This document shows, one piece after another, positions 21,951-30,573 of a stretch of 30,573 bases of DNA. The notes under the pieces are model-generated. The model saw nothing but the letters and a program-made list of their open reading frames with translations, was not told the DNA's origin and searched no databases. Position numbers and translations under genes: made by a program. The DNA lies in NCBI RefSeq assembly GCF_006345805.1, contig NW_021833157.1, positions 1-30,573 on the forward strand, in the 5' to 3' direction. The stretch comes from Octopus sinensis. Lineage: Eukaryota. Position 1 is the first letter of the stretch; the number at the start of each line of letters is the position of its first letter.

Positions 21951-22279
21951 CAGTAACCTCTCAGGTAAGTATGCACCCATTTGTGTATGCATCCCAGATA
22001 TGTATGTGCAAAATCTTCAAGAATCCCAGGTTCAAGTTTACCAATGATTTATTCTACAGCAACACTTTCCCTTCCCTTTGCCTGACACCGTGGAGAAAAC
22101 TGAGAGGAGAGATGACAAATGTGATCTAAAACCATGCACATACATGAGCCTTGCTGTGATTGGTTGTATGCATACATTCGTGCAACTGATTTGCTGCTGC
22201 TGTTGCTATGTACACACCTACGAGCTAAGGACACAAAAGTAGCTAAGTTCAAGTTGCCTACTTCAGAGGGAGATTGCTG
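21951..22279. mobile_element. Tigger/pogo-like MITE
   Basis: TA|CAGTAACCTCTC ... GGGAGATTGCTG|TA: imperfect TIRs with a TA TSD. The host sequence rejoins across it. Confidence 0.7.
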
Positions 22280-22324
22280 TACCAGCATAATTATGACAAA
22301 CTTATTTTACTAAATTCTTAATTA

Positions 22325-22465
22325 TAAGGTTGTCCCAAAAGTTCGTAGAAAGTCTTGGAAAATAATGGTCTTTATTTTGAGGAATAATTTTTGTTGTTTT
22401 TGTTAGTACTTGGCGAGTAAAAATTCAATTTTCGCAAGTGTTTACGAACTTTTGGGACAACCTAA
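22325..22465. mobile_element. 141-bp mariner-type MITE
   Basis: 23-bp TIR TAAGGTTGTCCCAAAAGTTCGTA / TACGAACTTTTGGGACAACCTAA with one mismatch, flanked by TA. Confidence 0.92.
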
Positions 22466-23351
22466 TATTTTAAAAATTAATTGAAGCAAAGGTATATTTC
22501 AGCAGAAATATAATAATGAAAGGACCAGATCAGAGATTTTAGATGTGTAATGCCTGAGGGCACAGTCTGCAAGCCACACATCGTCTTGAACAACCATAGT
22601 TCTTTGGCATCAACTACACACAGAATGCATGCTTCATGTCCATATGAAATGCTACTTATCACACCTAGGTTCACAGAGTTTCAGGTGAATGTTCTTGCTG
22701 ATGGCATAGTCTGCATCCTGTCATTTGAACACCCACAGTTGCTTGGTGTTTGTTACTCTAAAACCCCACACTTCATCCTAATATAGAACTCTAATGGATC
22801 CTAGAAGCTATGGTTTGATACTTTGCTGAGGGCTCAGTCTATCCCTCTAATAACTGATCATTACCCATGGTCAATAAACAACCACACACACACAAACACC
22901 AAGTATACATTGTAACACCACAATCTTGTGTTCTGTAGTTGTTTGTCTGATTCCTTTGAAAGTTTTGGTCAGAAAATGTAACTTGAGTTCTTAAGGTTAA
23001 CAGTTGAATGGTTTCTCTCAATATTCTATCTGTTTAAAATAAAGTAGTCTGTTGGAAACACTCCAAAATCATTTCTAATTATAATATTTTTATTTCTTTG
23101 AAAGATAAATATTTTCTTTTCATATTATTTTTTCACAATGATTGAAATAATATATTTATTTTTTTTTACTTCTATATTCAGCAATTCTATTTTTAATTTT
23201 TTTATTTGGTCATGTGGTTTCTTTCTCTTTTATTCAGCTGTCAGAGACTGATGTATACACATAGATAAATATACAAACACAATCATATATACACACACAT
23301 ATATATATATATAAGAGATACTTAAATGCATATACATCTTTATATATGTAA

Positions 23352-23396
<45 letters not shown>

Positions 23397-23477
23397 ATTA
23401 CACACGCATACACATATATATATATGTATACATATACATATATATATATGCACACTTATTTGTATGTGTGCATAGAA

Positions 23478-23530
<53 letters not shown>

Positions 23531-23662
23531 TACACACACACCACACCTATATGCATACTTAGAAGAATTTATACATGCATAGAAATTTACATAAATACAT
23601 ACATACATACATACATACATACATACATACACACATACATACACATACACACACATACATAT

Positions 23663-23810
23663 GTCTGGCCACGTGGAAATATTACTAGGCTTGGAGACAG
23701 ATAAGAACTGGTGATAGGGAGGGCATCTGGTCAGAGAAAATTTGCCTCAGTAAACTCAATTTGACACAAGCAAGCCTGAAGAAGTGGATGTTAAAAACTA
23801 TGATGATGAT
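23663..23810 (+). mobile_element. Diverged RTE-tailed retroposon related to family E
   Basis: ggtgatagggagggcatctggtcagagaaaatttgcc ... gtggatgttaaaaact(atg)n. Confidence 0.6.
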
Positions 23811-23838
23811 ATATATATATATATATATAATTGTATGT

Positions 23839-23869
<31 letters not shown>

Positions 23870-23999
23870 TGTATGTATGGATGGATGGATGGATGGATGG
23901 ATGGCTGAATTTATACACACACACACACATATATATAGATAGATATATATATATAGAAAGACAGGGAGAGAGAGCTTTGTATGCATATGTGGGTACATA

Positions 24000-24030
<31 letters not shown>

Positions 24031-24197
24031 GAATGATGTATATATATATATATATTTTACATATATATATTTTACATGTATATACATTTATAAATGCACA
24101 CACATATATGCATACATTTATATTTACATACATACACATACATACATACATACATACATACATACATACATACATACATACATAATACATACATACA

Positions 24198-24229
<32 letters not shown>

Positions 24230-24436
24230 AAAATATACACACATATATAAATAAATATATCTGTAACTATATGTGTGTGTGGTATGTTTCTAGGTACAAA
24301 CATATATATATATACATATATGTATATATACATACACACACGTGCACATACATATGCATACACGCATATACATATATAAGAAGCAAAGCTAAGAAGCAAT
24401 TACCCTACGCTAAGAAGAGAAAAACACCAAATACTC

Positions 24437-24488
24437 CGCAGAGACAATAATCAATTGTTTCAAACAATGGGGTCTTATCAGCCATGCA
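24437..24488 (-). ncRNA. Degenerate type I hammerhead (Penelope-like)
   Basis: Minus strand TGCATGG-CTGATAA-GACCCCATTGTTT-GAAA-CAAT-TGATT-ATTG-TC-TCTGCG. 5-bp stem III and GUC are intact; G8 is changed to A and stem I is bulged. Confidence 0.5.
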
Positions 24489-24991
24489 CAACAATTACTC
24501 TAAAGCTATGACAGATCTCACAGTTTGAATGACCCGCAAACTGACCTACTGAAATATTTGCCTCTAAATTAGTAGGGAATAATTGCCAGAGTGGAATCAA
24601 AACAAATCTCATGAGGAAAATTCCATGGCAGTACCAAACATGTTATTATAATACAAAATCGCATTGATTTTAATAATAATTCTTATTCACCTCTGAGTGA
24701 TATTTTCACAGAGTACCAGCTACAAACTATGTGATTCTGAAGTCAGGAGTGACTGGCTTCCCGGAGCACATACTGGTGAGTAGGTGCAAAGAAATAATCC
24801 TCTTTTGTGAAGCAGTGGGCGGATCAGCTGTGTCAAATCAAAAAGAGAAAGAAAATACAAAAGAAAGTTTTACCCAAAGGTATATCTTGTCTTTAAAGTC
24901 ATTCACATTTACACACACATGCACACACTCACATGTGCATGTGTATATTATATGTATTTATATATGTGTGTATGTGTATATATATATATAT

Positions 24992-25023
<32 letters not shown>

Positions 25024-25029
25024 CACACA

Positions 25030-25061
<32 letters not shown>

Positions 25062-25162
25062 CACACACCATATATATATATATATATATACACATATATA
25101 TATATACACACATATATATATATATATATACACATATATATATATAACATATATATATATAT

Positions 25163-25211
<49 letters not shown>

Positions 25212-25226
25212 CACATATATATATAT

Positions 25227-25265
<39 letters not shown>

Positions 25266-25610
25266 CACACATTCACATAAACATGTATATATGTGCATAT
25301 ATATTCACATATGTGTGCATGTACATATACATATATGTATATACACATACATATATACATTACGTATGTGTGTATATATATATAGCTATATGCACACATA
25401 CACATCATCATCATCATTGTTTAACGTCCGTTTTCCAATAAAAGATGATGATGATGATGATGTGTATGTGTGTATATAACTATATATATACACACACATC
25501 CATAATGTATATATGTATGTGTATATATATATATGTATATAACATACACTCTCATATATATGTTTATCTACAGATATGTGTATACATATATGAGGTGTGT
25601 GTGTGTGCAT

Positions 25611-25694
25611 GATAGATAGATAGATAGACAAGCCAACATACAGATTGATAGATATAAAGATAGATATTTAGGCAGGTAGGAAGGTAGGTAGTTT

Positions 25695-25732
<38 letters not shown>

Positions 25733-25753
25733 TAGATAGATTGATTGATTGTT

Positions 25754-25787
<34 letters not shown>

Positions 25788-25804
25788 TAGATAGACAGAC
25801 AGAC

Positions 25805-25863
<59 letters not shown>

Positions 25864-25890
25864 TAGACATTTAGATAGATAGATAGATAT
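25611..25890. repeat. (GATA)n/(GACA)n array
   Basis: Direct inspection. Confidence 0.92.
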
Positions 25891-26179
25891 GTTTATTTAT
25901 TAGCCACACAGGGCTGCACACAGACAGGACAAATTTCAAGGTAGAGCTTTTCTTTTGGGGGTAAAAAAATGGGGGTTTGATTTTCGATCAAAAGGGATCG
26001 TAAAGGGAAAGAAAGAGGACAAAAAAGGGGGGAATAAAATAATAAAAAAAGGCGGTGAGGGAAAAATAGGTAAAGGAAAAAAAAAATTGATCAATAGGGA
26101 TCGTTGTCACAGAAATGTCAATATGAAGTGTAAGGGGGAGGACAGGTGAGGTTTACCTGTGGAAAGAAAAGCCTACGGA
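25891..26179 (-). mobile_element. Probable LINE 3' UTR fragment (L1/Tx1-like) inserted in (GATA)n
   Basis: Minus strand is pyrimidine-rich and ends ctgtgtggctAATAAATAAAc. (GATA)n lies on both sides. The clade assignment is tentative. Confidence 0.45.
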
Positions 26180-26448
26180 TAGATAGATAGATAGATTGGT
26201 GTGATGGAATTCAATTCAAAATTCATACAGATCACTTTTGACACTTGGTAAAAAGCACTTTCAGAGTAAATATACAGGCCAGCTGAATACTGTGAGATGG
26301 ACATGGGCCTGAAAGCAACAAGAGTGCAACAGCAGCTGCAGTACATGTCAGGTGGTGCTGTCATTTAAAGATATGACATGCTGCCCCAACATTGTGTGGA
26401 AATTACCATTCAAAAATAAACAGCAGGATGAGGAGGCATGCAGTGTTC

Positions 26449-26671
26449 TTTACTCTTTTCTTTTACTCTTTTACTTGTTTCAGTCATTTGACTGCGGCCA
26501 TGCTGGAGCACCGCCTTTAGTCGAGCAAATCGACCCCCAGGACATATTCTTTTTGTAAGCCCAGTACTTATTCTATCGGTCTCTTTTGCCGAACCGCTAA
26601 GTGACGGAGACGTAAACACACCAGCATCGGTTGTCAAGCAATGCTAGAGAGACAAACACAGACAAACATAT

Positions 26672-26714
<43 letters not shown>

Positions 26715-26883
26715 CATACGACAGGCTTCTTTCAGTTTCCGTCTACCAAATCCACTCACAAGGCTTTGGTCGGTCCGAGGCTATAGCAGAAGACACTTGC
26801 CCAAGATGCCACGCAGTAGGACTGAACCCGGAACCATGTGGTTGGTTAGCAAGCTACTTACCACACAGCCACTCCTGCACCTA
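26449..26883 (-). mobile_element. SINE family B, full length
   Basis: A and B boxes, internal (TA)n and (AGTAAAAG)n-type tail. Confidence 0.92.
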
Positions 26884-26987
26884 TTGGTTCTGTTGGTTTT
26901 TCTGAATATGTGGTCGCCAGAATTAGAAAGGGTTGAAAATAGTCTCTTAGGATCCTTCATTTAAAAGTTTTTTGAAAAGAATGGCAT

Positions 26988-27150
26988 AGGTGTCGGTGTA
27001 GGTGCGTGGTTAAGATGCTTGCTTCTTGACCGTATGGATCTGGGTTCAATCCCACTGTATACCTTCTTTGGCAAGTGTTTTCCACTGTAGCCTCAGGTTG
27101 ACTAAATTCTTGTGAATTGGTTAGGCAGATGGGAAATAAAAGAGGTCCAT
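26988..27150 (+). mobile_element. Old SINE B, 5' half
   Basis: gtggttaagatgcttgc, GGTTCAATCCC, tttggcaagtgttttccactgtagcctcagg. Stops at the position of the internal microsatellite. Confidence 0.75.
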
Positions 27151-27151
27151 T

Positions 27152-27970
27152 ATGTTTGTCATTATTCAGTTTTATTTCAAGATTTCTTGCCAATAGAGAA
27201 AGAGACAGTTTCTAACCTAGATCCAAGCCTCCTTCATTGGAGTTTCAGCAGCATCAATATGGTATTTTTGTATGTATGTATTTTTTAATTTTTTTTTTTT
27301 TTACTTGTTTCAGTCATTTGACTGCGGCCATGCTGGAGCACCGCCTTTAGTCGAGCAAATCGACCCCGGGACTTATTCTTTGTAAGCCCAGTATTTATTC
27401 TATCGGTCTCTTTTTGCCGAACCACTAAGTGACGGGGATGTAAACACACCAGCATCGGTTGTCAAGTAATGCTAGGGGGACAAACACAGACACACATATA
27501 TATATATACATATATACGACAGGCTTCTTTCAGTTTCCATCTACCAAATCCACTCACAAGGCTTTGGTTGGCCCGAGGCTATAGCAGAAGACACTTGCCC
27601 AAGATGCCACGCAGTAGGACTGAACCCGAAACGATGTGGCTGGTTAGCAAGCTACTTACCACACAGCCACTCCTGCACCTATGTATACATGCAGATTTGT
27701 ATTTTTGTTTTATGTATATCTTCTCATGCATATAGTTGTATATCTAGACATGCTTATAGATACTTAAATGACAGATCCAGTGATGGTTTGGATCTGTAGT
27801 CTTTGAATCAGCTTTCTCCTTTCTGGTTTTGAGAAGTCTATTTTCGCAAGATTAGTTTTTAGGCAGTGTTTTACATATCCTAAGTGCCCCAATACTTTCA
27901 GGTATAAACCCAAACTTGAAATCTCGACAGAGTAGCTGTAGATTCCTCAATAGTTCAGCATAAGTATTTT
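27152..27970 (-). mobile_element. 3' end of a restriction-like-endonuclease non-LTR retrotransposon (ORF end plus 3' UTR), split by SINE B
   Basis: NTYAELLRNLQLLCRDFKFGFIPESIGAL/GYVKHCLKTNLAKIDFSKPERRKLIQRLQIQTITGSVI* (one frameshift), resembling the Y.EL...IP..IGALG C-terminus also seen at 8700-8790. AATAAA lies near the 3' end; (TATG)n-type flanks. Confidence 0.75.
27281..27681 (-). mobile_element. SINE family B with poly(A) tail
   Basis: Near-identical to 26449-26883 but ends in an A-run (T-run 27281-27302 on the + strand). Confidence 0.92.
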
Positions 27971-27972
27971 GT

Positions 27973-28320
27973 TTGTTTGTTTGCATGCATGAATGCATAT
28001 ATGTATGCATGTATGTATGTTATGTATGTATGTATGTATGTATGTATGTATGTATGTATGTATGTATGTGTGTATGTATGTATGTATGTTGTATGTATGT
28101 ATGTATGTATCTTGCAGGTATGTATGTATGCATGTATGTATGTTTGTTTGTATGTATGTAATGTATGTATGGTATGTATGTATGTATGTATGTGTGTATG
28201 TTTGTATGTATGTATGTATGTATGTATGTATCTATGCAGGTATGTATGTATGCATGTATGTATGTATGTATGTATGTGTATGTGTGCGTGTATGTATGTA
28301 TGTGTGTATGTGTGTATGCA
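27973..28320. repeat. (TATG)n array
   Basis: Direct inspection. Confidence 0.95.
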
Positions 28321-28742
28321 TATCTTTTATCTTTCTGCTTTCAGTTATGAAACTGCGGCCATGCTGGGGCACTGCTTTGAAGGGTTTTAGTTGAAGAAAT
28401 CAACCCAGGCCTTATTTTCTTAAGCCTTGTACTTATTCTATTGGTCTATTTGTGCAAAACTGCTATGTTATGGGGATGTAAACACACCAGCACCGGTCAT
28501 TAAGTGGCGGCAGTGGAACAAACACAGGCATGAAGACACACACACACACACACACACACATACACACACACACACATATATACACATACGTATATACAAC
28601 GGGCTTCTTTCAGTTTCTGTCTACCAAATCCACTCACAAGGCTTTGCTTGGCCTAAGGCTATAGTAGAAGACACTTGCCGAAAGTGTCACACAGTGGGAC
28701 TGAAGCTGGAACTATGTGGTTGGTAAGAAAACTTCTTACTCT
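28321..28742 (-). mobile_element. SINE family B, intermediate divergence
   Basis: actgcggccatgctggggcactgc ... ctaccaaatccactcacaaggcttt ... atgtggttggtaag. Confidence 0.88.
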
Positions 28743-28766
28743 ATGTGTGTGTGTGTGTGTCTGTGT

Positions 28767-28804
<38 letters not shown>

Positions 28805-29005
28805 TGTGTTTGTGTTTTTCTCCTGCGACCACATGACAAACTGGCATTTTTTTTGTATACGTCCCCATAACTTAATGGTTCTGCAAAAAAGATACTGACA
28901 GAATAAGTGTCAAACTGAAAGCTAAGTACTGGGGGTCAACTAGATCCTTCAAGCCAGTGTCCCCAGCATGGCCTCAGTCCAATGACTGAAAGAAAATAAA
29001 AGATA
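28805..29005 (+). mobile_element. Old SINE B, 3' half
   Basis: acgtccccataacttaatggttctgcaaaa ... ccagcatggcctcagtccaatgactgaaa ... ataaaagata. Confidence 0.75.
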
Positions 29006-29010
29006 GTCTT

Positions 29011-29073
29011 GTCTGATCCATTTGAGCATGGAAAAGCACTTGTTAAAACAAAGATTATGACAACAACGATGAT
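29011..29073 (+). mobile_element. Short RTE-type 3' tail remnant
   Basis: ccatttgagcatggaaaagcacttgttaaaac plus (GAT)n resembles the family E terminus. Confidence 0.45.
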
Positions 29074-29085
29074 GATAATGATGAT

Positions 29086-29481
29086 GTGGAGGCGCAATGG
29101 CCCAGTGGTTAGGGCAGCGGACTCGCGGTCATAGGATCACGGTTTCGATTCCCAGACCGGGCGTTGTGAGTGTTTATTTGAGCGAAAACACCTAAAAGCT
29201 CCACGACGCTCCAGCAGGGGATGGTGGTGATCCCTGCTGTACTCTTTCACCACAACTTTCTCTCACTCTTACTTCCTGTTTCTGTTGTACCTGTATTTCA
29301 AGGGGCCGGCCTTGTCACTCTCTGTGTCACGCTGAATATCCCCGAGAACTATGTTAAGGGTACACGTGTCTGTGGAGTGCTCAGCCACTTACACGTTAAT
29401 TTCACGAGCAGGCTGTTCCGTTGATTCGGATCAACCGGAACCCTCATCGTCGTAACCGACGGAGTGCTTCCAATCCAATCC
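29086..29481 (+). mobile_element. tRNA-derived SINE, family A, full length
   Basis: A and B boxes, (CAATC)n tail, and 12-bp TSD GATAATGATGAT at 29074-29085 and 29482-29493. Confidence 0.93.
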
Positions 29482-29644
29482 GATAATGATGATGATGATG
29501 AAGCAATTTGAAGTTTTTCTTCTGAGACCAAAAATAGTAGATCAACTTATACACCAAGACAATTTTGGAGGACCAAGAACTCCATCTGAAATGCAGCAGG
29601 ATTCTGGAAAGATAGAGCTGATGTTTCAATGTTTACATACTATA

Positions 29645-30122
29645 AAACGATAAACGTCGCCCTTTTCAAGCCTAGCCAGGCTCATGGGCCCGGTTTCCCG
29701 GTTTCTGTAGCATATGTGTTCCTCCCAGCTGGACAGGATGACAGTCCATCACAGCATAACACAAGAAACAAGAAGAGAGAGTGAGAGAAAGTTGTGGCGA
29801 AAGAGTACAACAGGGGTTGCCACCACCCCCTGCTAGAGCCTCGTGGAACCTTTAGGTGTTTTCGCTCAATAAACACACACACTACACTCACGGAGTGGTT
29901 GGCGTTAGGAAGGGCATCCAGCTGTAGAAACATTGCCAGATAAGACTGGAGCCTGGTGCAGCCTTCTGGCTTCCCAGATCCCCGGTCGAACCGTCCAACC
30001 CATGCTAGCATGGAGAATGGACGTTAAACGATGATGATGATGAATGCCCAGTCTGGGAATCGAAACCGCAATCCTCTGACTGCGAGTCCACTGCCCTAAC
30101 CACTGGGCCATTGCACCGCCAC
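29645..30122 (-). mobile_element. SINE A' (family A head and middle with a V-domain-like 3' part), interrupted by family E
   Basis: 14-bp TSD GTTTACATACTATA at 29631-29644 and 30123-30136. The 3' part ctgtgatggactgtcatcctgtccag...atgctacagaaaccggg differs from family A. Confidence 0.9.
29881..30042 (+). mobile_element. 5'-truncated family E insertion
   Basis: actacactcacggagtggttggcgttaggaagggcatcc ... ggacgttaaac(gat)n, lying inside SINE A'. Confidence 0.9.
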
Positions 30123-30534
30123 GTTTACATACTATACTACACTGATTTGTATGCCGGTATATATATAGTAAATTCATTCATTTCTTCTTTGGAATACCAT
30201 TAAAGTAATACTTTTGTATCTCTTCTTTTCTCTCTTTCACTCTTTCCTTTCCGTAAAATGGTTTTTCTTTAAGTATTTCTCATTCATTTGCTTCCTCTGT
30301 GAAAGAGGTTTCTCATAAGAAGGTGGTTTTATTCTTTTTCTTTTCATTCTTATAGATTTTCCATTTTTTTATCCATGAGTGATCTTCATTCTTCATGTAT
30401 CTTATTCATTCATTTATATCATTTCATTTCATTAATAAAAGAGGATTTTTTTCTTTTGTGTTTTTGTTTTCTTTAAGTGACTTGTGTGTGTGTGTGTGTA
30501 TTTGCATGCCTGCATTTATGTTGAGTGTGTGCGT

Positions 30535-30573
<39 letters not shown>

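Larger units (their letters stand above)
21826..22523. mobile_element. piggyBac-like MITE hosting two nested MITEs
   Basis: Begins TTAA-CCCTTTTGTTACC and ends taatgaaagg. Removing the inserts restores homology to 19153-19415. Confidence 0.65.
21362..22842. repeat. Ancient ~130-150-bp tandem array (about 4 units) interrupted by four transposons
   Basis: Anchor gagggcacagtctgca at ~21505 and ~22556, gatggcatagtctgca at ~22700, gagggctcagtct at ~22828. The gtcaactacactaaag-type block recurs at ~21413, ~21783, ~22608 and ~22748. Confidence 0.7.
23260..25330. repeat. Several (TA)n/(TACA)n/(TATG)n/(GGAT)n fields (23260-23660, 23810-24385, 24910-25330)
   Basis: Direct inspection. These are the source of the YI/CMYV-type ORFs. 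Confidence 0.9.

Noticed and set aside
23234-25417. Numerous YIYI/CMYV ORFs
   Set aside because: They are translations of (TA)n and (TATG)n microsatellites.
26220-26370. Possible exon or RTE remnant (YRPAEYCEMDMGLKAT)
   Set aside because: Short, bounded by stops and only vaguely like the RTE GSETW region.
29086-29165. tRNA gene
   Set aside because: The A and B boxes continue into a SINE body bounded by a TSD. The same applies to the other SINE heads.

Overview
Repeat-saturated eukaryotic intergenic or intronic DNA with no intact host gene that I can support. The SINE families and microsatellite load look like an Octopus (coleoid cephalopod) genome; this is inference from recognising the repeats. 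The window contains: (i) several tRNA-headed SINE families, labelled here A, A', B, C, plus CORE/V-type copies, some with clear target-site duplications (TSDs); (ii) an RTE-tailed non-autonomous element (E) and an (AAC)n-tailed retroposon (D); (iii) decayed fragments of RTE and restriction-like-endonuclease (R4/Dong-type) LINEs; (iv) a DD37D (maT) transposase pseudogene, mariner, Tigger-like and piggyBac-like MITEs, and a Helentron-type HINE; (v) long micro- and minisatellite fields that account for nearly all ORFs in the track. The most notable signals are four Penelope-type minimal hammerhead ribozyme folds (one with a compensatory U3-A8 core), a degenerate HDV-like fold, modular body/tail swapping among SINEs, two multi-level nested insertion clusters, and an old ~140-bp tandem array hidden by transposon insertions.
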